Below, piece by piece: positions 8,752 to 17,209 of a stretch of 45,482 nucleotides of DNA. Each line of letters begins with the position of its first letter. Position 1 is the first letter of the stretch. The notes beneath the pieces were generated by a model that saw nothing but the letters and a program-made list of their open reading frames with translations, was not told the origin of the DNA and ran no database searches. The stretch covers positions 1 through 45,482 of the forward strand of contig CAKVDR010000001.1 of the NCBI GenBank assembly GCA_934726435.1. Direction: 5' to 3'. The position numbers and the translations under genes are program-made. This DNA comes from an uncultured Eubacteriales bacterium (GTDB taxonomy: Bacteria; Bacillota; Clostridia; Oscillospirales; Acutalibacteraceae).

Positions 8752-11700
8752 TTGAAAACAACATTTGAAAAACTCTTTGAAAAACACATTCATATTGGTT
8801 TAGACAAGTCCATCCTTGATTCCACAGTTGAATCTTTAAGGGTGGACAAGCTTAAACTGCAACTAACCATTAACCTATCTTCGCCTGAAAAATTGCTCCC
8901 TGAAAACATAAAAAAAGCAGAGAATACCTTGCTTAATTCCCAGCTTGGATTAAAAGAAATAACTATAAATCAAACTATAAAAGAAAAAATCGAAGACTCA
9001 AGCCTTCAAAAGTTAATCGAAGATTGCGCAAAAGACTTCCCCTCAGCTTTAAAAGCTCTTAAAAACTTTTCCGCCGAAATAATCGGCAGCACTGCAAAAA
9101 TCACCCTTTGCGGCAAGGGCAAAGCTTTGCTTACAATCAAAGGAATTGACAAAAAAATCTCGGCGTGCCTTTCAAAAAAATTCGGTAAAGAAATAAAAAC
9201 CGAGTTCATTGAAACCGAAAACAAAAAGGCAAAAGAAGCCATAAATGATTATGCTCCAGCGCCGAAAGAAAAATCAAAAGAAGAAAAAATTGAAATTGAA
9301 ACTAAAAAAATAGAAATAAGAAAAAGCGGGGAATACACCCCCGAAGTTTGCCTCGAAACTTCAAAAGTAATTTACGGCAACAAAATTTCAGGGCAAATCA
9401 CACCAATCCGCGAAATAGATTCCCAGATGAAGTCTGCTATCATTTGGGGAGACATTTTTTTCATTGACAGCAGAGTAACAAAAGATAATCAAAAAATAAT
9501 TTGCTCAATTTACATAACCGATTACACGAGTTCAATAATACTAAAAATAATCGAAAGCAAAAACCTGGCTTCCTATATTGAAAAGTTAAAACCCGGCATG
9601 ACAGTTTTGGTAAGGGGTGAACTTTCAGAGGATACCTATGAAAAAGAAATTATTCTAAGGCCAAGAAGCATAAACGTCGTGAGCAAATATGAAATCACTG
9701 ACAACGCCCCGAAAAAAAGAGTTGAACTTCATCTTCACACGAATATGTCTTCAATGGATGGCATGACAAGCGCAACCGAACTCATCGAGAGGGCACATTC
9801 TTGGGGCCACAGCGCTATTGCAATAACCGACCACGGCGTGGCTCAGGCTTACCCCGAAGCGATGAACTGCGCAAACAAAATTAACAAATCAAGCGAAAAT
9901 AAAATAAAAATTCTTTATGGAACTGAAGCTTATTTCGTAAATGACATGCTTCCAATCGTGACGGGAAAAGACGAGCGAGTTTTCGAAGATGAATTCATTT
10001 GCTTCGACCTTGAAACCACCGGCCTTAACGCAAAACAAGATAAAATAATTGAAATCGGTGCGTTTAGAGTTAAAAACAAGGAAATTCTCGATGAATTTTC
10101 GCTCTTTGTTGATCCTAAAATGACAATTTCGGAAAAAACGACCGAACTCACAGGCATAACGAACGAAATGCTTGCAGGCGCGCCTGAAGAAAAAGAAGCG
10201 CTAGAAAAATTCATGGAATTCTGCGGCGATAACCCTGTTTTGGTCGCTCACAATGCTAATTTCGACGTTTCTTTCATAAAAGCAACCGCTGAAAAATACG
10301 GCATAAATTTCGATTTTAGTTACATCGACACTGTTCCATTTAGCCGTGCGCTGATAATGAGCATTAAAAATTACAAGCTCGATACAGTAGCGAAATTTTT
10401 GAAAATCCCGGAATTTAACCATCACAGAGCCTGCGATGACGCAAAGGCTTTGGCGCATATTTTCATTGCTTTGATAGACATTGCCGTGAAAGATAAAAAC
10501 ATCACGAATATCTCAGAAATTAACACGGCACTTTCTTCAACCGACGCTAAAAAAGCCTATTCTTACCACATGATAATCCTCGTGAAAAATCAAACTGGGC
10601 TTAAAAATCTTTACAAACTCATTTCTTTTGCGCATCTTAAATATTTTTACAAAAAGCCGAGAATTCCCAAAAGCGAGCTTATTAAATTTAGAGAAGGTTT
10701 GATAATCGGCAGTGCTTGTGAGGCAGGGGAGCTTTTCAGAGCTATTGTTGCTGGCAGACCTTGGAATGACCTTTTGGAAATTGCAAAATTTTATGATTAC
10801 CTTGAAATTCAGCCGCTCGGGAACAACGAATTCATGCTCAGAGAAGGCATGGTTAATTCCCGCAAAGAGCTTAAAGAATTCAACAAAACCGTGATTAAAC
10901 TCGGCGAAGAACTAAATATTCCCGTCGTTGCTACGTGCGACGTTCACTTCATGGACCCGCACCATGCAGAATACAGGAAAATCCTGCAAGCAGGCCAAGG
11001 CTACGACGATGCTGACAACCAAGCACCGCTTTATTTCAGAACTACCGCCGAAATGCTCGAGGAATTTTCTTATCTTGAAAAAGAAAAAGCCTATGAAATC
11101 GTGGTTGAAAACACCAACAAAATCGCCGAGAGCATTGAAGAAATTTCCCCGATTCCTCCCGGAGTTTTCCCGCCATTTATCGAAGGCGCGCAAGATGAAT
11201 TAATCAGCATAACAATGACCAGAGCAAAAGAAAAATACGGCGACCCACTGCCCGAAATAGTAGCCAAAAGGCTAGAAAAAGAACTCGGTTCCATCACGAA
11301 GCATGGCTTTTCGGTGCTTTACATGGTTGCTCAAAAGCTAGTTGCAGACTCCGAAAAACACGGCTACCTAGTTGGTTCAAGGGGTTCGGTAGGTTCTTCA
11401 TTCGTGGCAACGATTTCCGGCATCTCGGAAGTTAACCCATTGGTCCCGCACTATTTGTGCCCAAAATGCAAAAACTCGGAATTCATAACCGACGGAAGTT
11501 ACGGTTCAGGCTTTGACTTACCGCCGAAAAAATGCCCGAAATGCGGCACTGATTACCTCCAAGACGGGCATGATATTCCTTTTGAAACGTTCCTGGGTTT
11601 TGACGGCGATAAAACACCTGATATAGACCTTAACTTCTCGGGCGAATATCAGTCAAGAGCCCACAGATACACCGAAACAATCTTCGGGAAAGATAACGTT

Positions 11701-13047
11701 TTCAAAGCAGGAACAATAGGCACGGTTGCAACCAAAACGGGTATAGGCTTCACCAAAAAATACGCCGAAGAACGCGGAATAACCCTCAAAAAGGCCGAAA
11801 TGATGAGGCTCGCAAACGGATGTACAGGCGTTAAACGCACAACCGGCCAGCACCCCGGTGGAATGGTCGTTGTTCCGAAAGGAAAAGAAATCTACGACTT
11901 CTGCCCGGTTCAAAGGCCGGCAAATGACCAAAAATCTGATAATATAACCACACACTTCGACTTCCACGCTATTCACGACACAATATGTAAGCTCGACGAA
12001 CTCGGGCACGATGTTCCGACGATTTATAAATATCTTGAAGATTACACAGGCATCAAAGTTACTGATGTTCCAATGAACGACAAAGAAGTCATTTCGCTCT
12101 TCACTTCGACCAAAGCCCTGGGCGTAAAACCCGTTGATATCGATTCCCACACAGGAACATTCTCGCTGCCGGAAGTAGGAACAAATTTCGTAAGGCAGAT
12201 GCTCATCGAATGCAAACCAACCACGTTTTCAGACTTGCTCCAGATTTCAGGCCTTTCCCACGGAACAGACGTTTGGAATGGCAATGCGCACGATCTAATT
12301 AAAAAAGGAATATGCACAATTTCGGAAGTTATCGGAACAAGAGACAACATTATGGTTTATTTGATGCACAAAGGCATGGATCCAAAAACTGCGTTTAGCA
12401 TCATGGAAATAGTTCGAAAAGGCAAAGCCACCAAACTTTTAACCCCTGAACACCTTAAATCAATGCGCGAGCACGGCGTGCCGGAATGGTATATTTCTTC
12501 CTGCATGAAAATTAAATATATGTTCCCAAAAGCTCACGCTGCGGCTTACATGATAGCAACTTTAAGGCTCGGGTGGTATAAAGTTCACAAACCCGCAGAA
12601 TACTACGCAGCATATTTCACCGCTCGAGGTGAAGATTTCGACGGTTTAACCGTCATAAAAGGCAGAAGTGCCCTGAAGAAAAAAATGGCCGAAATCACCG
12701 CAAAAGGCAAGGAAGCCAGCGCAAAAGAACAAAGTGCTTTTTCAACATTTCAAATTATTAACGAGATGCTTGCAAGAGGCGTTGAAATCTTGCCCGTTGA
12801 CCTTTACAAATCCGATTCATATAAATTTTTAATGGAAGACGGAAAAATAAGGCTTCCTTTCTCGTCACTCTCAGGAGTAGGTGAATCAGCGGCACAGAGC
12901 CTTGTTGATTCAAGAGCTGAAGGAAAATACATCTCGGTTGACGACATTCAGCTTCGCTCAAAAGTCACCAAAGCGGTTATAGAAACTCTTCAAACTGCAG
13001 GAGTCTTAAAAGATTTGCCACAAAGTAATCAAATTTCGTTTTTTTAA
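8752..13047 (+). CDS. polC: DNA polymerase III alpha subunit, PolC type
   Basis: The 1431-aa ORF has a PHP domain (VELHLHTNMSSMDG), an inserted DEDDh exonuclease domain (FDLETTGL, HNANFDVSF, HHRACDDA), a zinc finger (CPKCK...CPKCG) and a polymerase core. Confidence 0.97.
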   Translation: MKTTFEKLFEKHIHIGLDKSILDSTVESLRVDKLKLQLTINLSSPEKLLPENIKKAENTLLNSQLGLKEITINQTIKEKIEDSSLQKLIEDCAKDFPSALKALKNFSAEIIGSTAKITLCGKGKALLTIKGIDKKISACLSKKFGKEIKTEFIETENKKAKEAINDYAPAPKEKSKEEKIEIETKKIEIRKSGEYTPEVCLETSKVIYGNKISGQITPIREIDSQMKSAIIWGDIFFIDSRVTKDNQKIICSIYITDYTSSIILKIIESKNLASYIEKLKPGMTVLVRGELSEDTYEKEIILRPRSINVVSKYEITDNAPKKRVELHLHTNMSSMDGMTSATELIERAHSWGHSAIAITDHGVAQAYPEAMNCANKINKSSENKIKILYGTEAYFVNDMLPIVTGKDERVFEDEFICFDLETTGLNAKQDKIIEIGAFRVKNKEILDEFSLFVDPKMTISEKTTELTGITNEMLAGAPEEKEALEKFMEFCGDNPVLVAHNANFDVSFIKATAEKYGINFDFSYIDTVPFSRALIMSIKNYKLDTVAKFLKIPEFNHHRACDDAKALAHIFIALIDIAVKDKNITNISEINTALSSTDAKKAYSYHMIILVKNQTGLKNLYKLISFAHLKYFYKKPRIPKSELIKFREGLIIGSACEAGELFRAIVAGRPWNDLLEIAKFYDYLEIQPLGNNEFMLREGMVNSRKELKEFNKTVIKLGEELNIPVVATCDVHFMDPHHAEYRKILQAGQGYDDADNQAPLYFRTTAEMLEEFSYLEKEKAYEIVVENTNKIAESIEEISPIPPGVFPPFIEGAQDELISITMTRAKEKYGDPLPEIVAKRLEKELGSITKHGFSVLYMVAQKLVADSEKHGYLVGSRGSVGSSFVATISGISEVNPLVPHYLCPKCKNSEFITDGSYGSGFDLPPKKCPKCGTDYLQDGHDIPFETFLGFDGDKTPDIDLNFSGEYQSRAHRYTETIFGKDNVFKAGTIGTVATKTGIGFTKKYAEERGITLKKAEMMRLANGCTGVKRTTGQHPGGMVVVPKGKEIYDFCPVQRPANDQKSDNITTHFDFHAIHDTICKLDELGHDVPTIYKYLEDYTGIKVTDVPMNDKEVISLFTSTKALGVKPVDIDSHTGTFSLPEVGTNFVRQMLIECKPTTFSDLLQISGLSHGTDVWNGNAHDLIKKGICTISEVIGTRDNIMVYLMHKGMDPKTAFSIMEIVRKGKATKLLTPEHLKSMREHGVPEWYISSCMKIKYMFPKAHAAAYMIATLRLGWYKVHKPAEYYAAYFTARGEDFDGLTVIKGRSALKKKMAEITAKGKEASAKEQSAFSTFQIINEMLARGVEILPVDLYKSDSYKFLMEDGKIRLPFSSLSGVGESAAQSLVDSRAEGKYISVDDIQLRSKVTKAVIETLQTAGVLKDLPQSNQISFF

Positions 13048-13119
13048 TAAAAAATTGTAAAATTTTCCACTTGTATGTCACGTACTATTTATTTATTATA
13101 AATTTATAAAATAAAAGTG

Positions 13120-13148
13120 TTGACATTTCTTTTTACTGTGTATATAAT
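13120..13148 (+). promoter_or_regulatory. Consensus sigma-A promoter upstream of the first Nif11-leader peptide gene
   Basis: TTGACA (13120-13125), an exact 17-nt spacer, then TATAAT (13143-13148). An A-rich tract lies upstream. Confidence 0.7.
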
Positions 13149-13199
13149 CTAGAAATATGATCCTAGGTATAAAATAAAACAAAAAAGGTGGAATTAATT

Positions 13200-13529
13200 A
13201 TGAAAATTGAAAAAATTACTGAAGTAGTTAAAGATGAGGAATTTGCAAAAAGCATTATTGATATGAAATCTCCTGAAGAAGTTAAAGAAGCTTTTGCTAA
13301 AAAAGAAGTTGAAATTTCTTTAGATGAAGCACAAGTTATTATTTCAACCATAGAAAGAATGGTTAAAAAAGGTTCCGTTGAACTTTCAGAGAAAGACTTA
13401 GAAGAAATAGCAGGTGGCAGAACCCCCTCAATAAGTGAAAGACTTTCTTATTCATTGGCTGCGGCACTTGGAACAATAGTAGTGGCTTTATCTATCAAGA
13501 AAATGTATGATATTCGTAAAGAACGCTAA
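13200..13529 (+). CDS. Nif11-like leader / double-glycine precursor peptide P1 (73-aa leader plus 36-aa core)
   Basis: AAGGTGG RBS 8 nt before ATG 13200; the track start at 13188 is a GTG lying inside that RBS. The leader ends ELSEKDLEEIAGG. The core is RTPSISERLSYSLAAALGTIVVALSIKKMYDIRKER. Confidence 0.75.
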   Translation: MKIEKITEVVKDEEFAKSIIDMKSPEEVKEAFAKKEVEISLDEAQVIISTIERMVKKGSVELSEKDLEEIAGGRTPSISERLSYSLAAALGTIVVALSIKKMYDIRKER

Positions 13530-13858
13530 AAAATAGTACTTTCTTGCAAAAAAGAGAAAAATTTAAGAAATAATAATAATTTTAATTAACTCACTCAAAA
13601 CAATAAAAGCAGTTTTTGCTATCAAAGGAAGCAATCTTTTTCTAAAAGAGGCAAAGTCGTTAATTCCTACCATATGAAAAATAACTAATAAAGGTCTCTC
13701 TGAATTTTCAGCAGTAGACCTAAAATAAATTATACGGTGGTTATAGGGTTTATTAATTATTGCCAGCGCAGATTATAAAAAATTGCAAAAAATAAAAAAT
13801 GAAAAGAGTTAATAATATGTAATAACTAAGATATTAAATACAAGGGGGATTTACTACA

Positions 13859-14248
13859 ATGGAAAAAGAAGACATTTCAGAAGCAATGAAAGATATAAAA
13901 TTTGCCGAGAGCATAATGGACATGCAATCGCCCGAGAAAATTAAAAAAGCTTTTAAAGCAAAAGGAGTTGACCTTTCTTTGGAAGAATCACAAGTAGTAA
14001 TTTCCACGATTAAAAAAATTGATGAAAGTGAATCAGGCGAACTTTCAGAAAATGACCTACAAAAAATTGTGGGAGGAGTAGGGGAAAGCGAAAAAACAAG
14101 AGACCCTAAAATCGAAAAAATGGCGACGATTGCCACCGGTGTGGCAGTTGGAATGTTTGCTTATGAAACTTTTTCAAACGCAAAAAATTTAGTTTTTAGC
14201 GCAGGTGGAAAAATAGCAGATGCGATAATAAGAAAAATAAAAAAATAG
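13859..14248 (+). CDS. Nif11-like leader / double-glycine precursor peptide P2 (73-aa leader plus 56-aa core)
   Basis: AGGGGGA RBS. The leader ends ELSENDLQKIVGG. The core contains the hydrophobic helix MATIATGVAVGMFAY (a GxxxG motif) and the cationic tail KIADAIIRKIKK. Confidence 0.75.
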   Translation: MEKEDISEAMKDIKFAESIMDMQSPEKIKKAFKAKGVDLSLEESQVVISTIKKIDESESGELSENDLQKIVGGVGESEKTRDPKIEKMATIATGVAVGMFAYETFSNAKNLVFSAGGKIADAIIRKIKK

Positions 14249-14260
14249 GAGGAATTCAAA

Positions 14261-14689
14261 ATGGATAAACATCAAATGATGGAAGTTATGAGAGATGAGG
14301 ATTTTGTAAACGAAATTCTTGACATGCAAACAACTGAAGAAGTCCAAGAAGCTTTTGCTGAAAAAGGTATTGAAATTTCTTTGGAAGAATTTGATATAAT
14401 TTCTCAGATAATAAGTAAAATGGTTGATAAAAACACAACTGAACTTTCTGATGATGATTTAGCAGAGATTTCCGGTGGGTCTTTAGTTAGCGGTGGAAAA
14501 AAAGTTTTTAAAGACGTTGCAAATAGCTTCTCAAGCGCAAATGATGACACGACCAAACTAGGTTCAGCACTTGCGTACACTTCAATAGCCGTAGGTTTCA
14601 TTGCTACAGGAATTGCTGGAAAAATAATTTATGACAAAGGGAAAAAAGTAGTAAAATGGCTTAAAAACGGCTGTTCTTCAAAGAAATAA
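14261..14689 (+). CDS. Nif11-like leader / double-glycine precursor peptide P3 (73-aa leader plus 69-aa core)
   Basis: AGGAGG RBS, 12 nt after the P2 stop. The leader ends ELSDDDLAEISGG. The core contains SIAVGFIATGIAGKIIY (GxxxG) and the cationic tail KGKKVVKWLKNGCSSKK. Confidence 0.75.
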   Translation: MDKHQMMEVMRDEDFVNEILDMQTTEEVQEAFAEKGIEISLEEFDIISQIISKMVDKNTTELSDDDLAEISGGSLVSGGKKVFKDVANSFSSANDDTTKLGSALAYTSIAVGFIATGIAGKIIYDKGKKVVKWLKNGCSSKK

Positions 14690-14695
14690 AAAAAT

Positions 14696-14726
14696 TCCTC
14701 CGGTTTTTCCCGGAGGATAATTTATT
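14696..14726 (+). terminator. Rho-independent terminator after P3
   Basis: TCCTCCGG (14696-14703), a 6-nt loop, then CCGGAGGA (14710-14717), followed by a T-rich tract. Confidence 0.7.
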
Positions 14727-14825
14727 GCTTAAATAAATTAAATACTAAAACAGCTAACTTTGTAATCGTCAAGAATTTTTTCTACTTTCAAATATCTCCT
14801 ATTATGTTTTAAAATAATTTCAAAT

Positions 14826-14861
14826 ATAAAAAAATTATCTCCGGTTAAAAAGCAACCGGAG
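14826..14861 (-). terminator. Rho-independent terminator for the minus-strand secreted-protein gene
   Basis: CTCCGGTT (14839-14846) pairs with AACCGGAG (14854-14861). On the minus strand a T-run follows the hairpin. Confidence 0.65.
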
Positions 14862-14906
14862 GTTTATTAATAAACATTAGAATATCTTAAGCTATAACTT
14901 AATTAA

Positions 14907-15752
14907 TTATTTTTTAAATCCTCTATTCTGTACATGAAATTTTTTATCTACTATTCCAAATTCTTTCAAAAGGCTATTATACTTTGCAATTTTATTAATA
15001 TTATAATTTACGATGTTTGGATTGCTAGAATCTTTTCTTACAGTACCTTGCGGGCGGAATTGGAATACTAATTGTTTTTCATTTTCAGAAGTGAAAACAA
15101 GATCTACTCCACCATAAGGATCGTCTTTTTTGACAAACACTGTTTCCGAATTCCAACCTGTTGCTTCGCAAACGCAGTTAAGTTGCAAAGCGAGTTCAAA
15201 TTGTTCACGTGTGAAAGTTCCCGCTTTATAGATTATTCTTTTTATACTGTCATTAGTAACTACATATGAGGACTCATCCATTGCATACGGATTTTCTTTA
15301 GGTTGGCTAGTCTTTTTTGTGATACCACTTCTAAAATATGTTCTAACAAAATTCAATTCTTTTCTAAGTTTATTATATTCAGGGAATGCCAAAGGTTTAT
15401 CCCCTTTGCTACTATCAACAAAACAAGTTTTTGCGTTAGGTGTGATTTTACCGTCATAAGGTTTTACAGGATTATAATTAAACATGTCAGGGATTTCTCT
15501 AAATCTTTTTCTTGCCATTGCAATCCTAACAAGATCTTCAGGAGTTTGAAAATATTTTGCAACAACCATCATACTATGTCTATCAAGGTGTCCTTTTTCA
15601 ATAATTTCTTTTTCGTCTGGTGCACAAGATACTGATTGCCCTTTTTCAATAACTTCTTTTTCGTCCGGTGCACAAAATCCTGATGGCATTGTTGAAAGAA
15701 TTCCAACAACAGAAAAAGCCATTGCCGTTGCTCTTTTAATAATTTTTTTCAT
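14907..15752 (-). CDS. Secreted protein of unknown function with a tandem CAPDEKE[VI]IEKG repeat after the signal peptide
   Basis: I place the start at MKKIIKRATAMAFSVVGILS, which has a GTGAGG RBS. It has an N-terminal signal peptide and I recognise no domain. Confidence 0.6.
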   Translation of the reverse strand: MKKIIKRATAMAFSVVGILSTMPSGFCAPDEKEVIEKGQSVSCAPDEKEIIEKGHLDRHSMMVVAKYFQTPEDLVRIAMARKRFREIPDMFNYNPVKPYDGKITPNAKTCFVDSSKGDKPLAFPEYNKLRKELNFVRTYFRSGITKKTSQPKENPYAMDESSYVVTNDSIKRIIYKAGTFTREQFELALQLNCVCEATGWNSETVFVKKDDPYGGVDLVFTSENEKQLVFQFRPQGTVRKDSSNPNIVNYNINKIAKYNSLLKEFGIVDKKFHVQNRGFKK

Positions 15753-15789
15753 TAAAACCAACCTCACTTTTTAATATTTTACAATTCAT

Positions 15790-15818
15790 ATTTTAACACT
15801 ATAATATGCTTTTGTCAA
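15790..15818 (-). promoter_or_regulatory. Sigma-A promoter for the 14907-15752 gene
   Basis: On the minus strand: TTGACA (15818-15813), a 17-nt spacer, then TAAAAT (15795-15790). Confidence 0.6.
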
Positions 15819-15845
15819 CACTTTTTTAATTATTCTTAAACTTTT

Positions 15846-15883
15846 TTTAAAAATAAAAGGCTCTGATCTTTTAAATCAAAGCC
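15846..15883 (-). terminator. Terminator after the M23 peptidase gene
   Basis: Imperfect 9-bp hairpin, GGCTCTGAT with ATCAAAGCC. On the minus strand TTTTATTTTT follows. Confidence 0.55.
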
Positions 15884-15900
15884 CTGTTTTAATATTTAAT

Positions 15901-16917
15901 TCATTTTTCTTCCCAATCAAATTCACGCGAATATTCTTTATTTTCGGAGTTTCTTACAACGCTTGATTTATTCTTCTCCAAAAGCTGCATTAGAGCATAA
16001 AGATCAATCCAGATTTCGTGATCAGATTCTTTTTGAGACTCATCAAAAACAAGCTCAAGGCCAATGTGAAGGTGGCTTTGCTCAATGTTATTTACATTTT
16101 CTTTTTTGCTGTAACCCGTCCTGCCAACATAACCTATAACATCCCCGGCTTTAACGATATCGCCTTCTTTTAAATCTGATTTAAAAGGCTTGTTTTGCCT
16201 CAAATGAGCGTAGTAATAATATCTTTTATTATCAAAGCTTCTTATGCCAATTCTCCAGCCGCCGTATTGGTTCCAGCCCATGATTTCAACTCTGCCTGAT
16301 TCAACCGCAATAACCGGAGTGCCTATGGCGCACATCATATCATGCCCAAGATGAGGCCTTGCGTAACCATAAGACCGCGAAGCTCCAAAATCGTCATAAT
16401 GCGAAAAAGGGAAGGTTTTTGCAATCGGCGAGAAGCATTTAAGGCCGTAGGCTTCTTCCCAAACAGGCTCTTCACTATTTTTTGGTTTCTTTTGAACTTT
16501 GTAATCGCCCAGAAAGCTCTTTAAAACAGCCTCATAGGCCTCAAAATAATAACCATATGTTTTCATGTTCTTTGCTATTTCGTTCATTTTTTCGCCATTT
16601 TTAAGCTTCTTAACCACATCATCCATATCAGATGATTTATATTTTTTGAAATCTCCGCCGTATTTTGAACCCAAATAAGCAAGAATTTCAATCCAGTTTA
16701 ATTTAATCTCTTCGCTATGAGATTTTATATCCTCGCGCATTGCTTTTTCAAGCGCTTCATAAGTTGGGTTAAACTCAACGTATTTTATGAATTTTTTATT
16801 CTCTTCCGCGCGCACTGAAAATCCGCCATTGCCTAGAACAAAAGCCCCTGCTCCGAAAATAGTTAAAAAAGCCAAACCAAAAAGCAAATATCTTCTTTTA
16901 AACCTAAGTACAAACAA
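15901..16917 (-). CDS. M23 family metallopeptidase (peptidoglycan DD-endopeptidase-like), membrane-anchored or secreted
   Basis: HLGHDM, GDVIGYVGRTGYS and SHLHIGLE match the HxxxD and HxH zinc-site motifs of M23. There is an N-terminal transmembrane or signal segment. TTG start with a GAGGTG RBS. Confidence 0.85.
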   Translation of the reverse strand: MFVLRFKRRYLLFGLAFLTIFGAGAFVLGNGGFSVRAEENKKFIKYVEFNPTYEALEKAMREDIKSHSEEIKLNWIEILAYLGSKYGGDFKKYKSSDMDDVVKKLKNGEKMNEIAKNMKTYGYYFEAYEAVLKSFLGDYKVQKKPKNSEEPVWEEAYGLKCFSPIAKTFPFSHYDDFGASRSYGYARPHLGHDMMCAIGTPVIAVESGRVEIMGWNQYGGWRIGIRSFDNKRYYYYAHLRQNKPFKSDLKEGDIVKAGDVIGYVGRTGYSKKENVNNIEQSHLHIGLELVFDESQKESDHEIWIDLYALMQLLEKNKSSVVRNSENKEYSREFDWEEK

Positions 16918-16985
16918 AAATCACACCTCACATAACGCGTCTAAAATCAATTATATTTGCAAAGCCCCGCAAAAATGCAAGATTA

Positions 16986-17015
16986 AACAAAAAAATGCCT
17001 GCACCAAAGTGCAGG
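16986..17015 (-). terminator. Terminator after the ferredoxin gene
   Basis: On the minus strand: CCTGCAC, TTTG, GTGCAGG, followed by CATTTTTTT. Confidence 0.7.
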
Positions 17016-17020
17016 TTAAA

Positions 17021-17209
17021 TTATTCAGCTTCAATAGCGTCAACAGGACAAACGTCTTTTGCTTCCAAAACTTTGTCTTCGAGCTCAGCTTCAACGGTTT
17101 CCGAAATAGCCTCGGATTTATCCTCGCTGTTATACTTAAAAGCCTCAGGGCAAATGTCAATGCACATTCCACAGCCAATGCAGCTTTCTTGGTTCACGCA
17201 AACTTTCAT
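17021..17209 (-). CDS. fdx: Small 4Fe-4S ferredoxin
   Basis: 62 aa with CIGCGMCIDICP and a distal CP. AGGAGG RBS. Confidence 0.85.
   Translation of the reverse strand: MKVCVNQESCIGCGMCIDICPEAFKYNSEDKSEAISETVEAELEDKVLEAKDVCPVDAIEAE

Noticed and set aside
5504-12350. Many antisense or out-of-frame ORFs lie inside dxr, ispG and polC, for example 5504-5917, 5554-6036, 7887-8309, 8276-8726, 11653-12150 and 12042-12350. Similar ORFs occur inside gyrA, gyrB, recF and mnmG.
   Set aside because: These are shadow ORFs fully embedded in strongly supported conserved genes. They have low-complexity or odd composition and no RBS.
13563-13673. A 36-aa hydrophobic minus-strand ORF (MVGINDFASFRKRLLPLIAKTAFIVLSELIKIIIIS) between P1 and P2 could be an immunity protein.
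   Set aside because: It has no Shine-Dalgarno sequence, lies antisense to the peptide genes and sits in very AT-rich sequence where such ORFs arise by chance.
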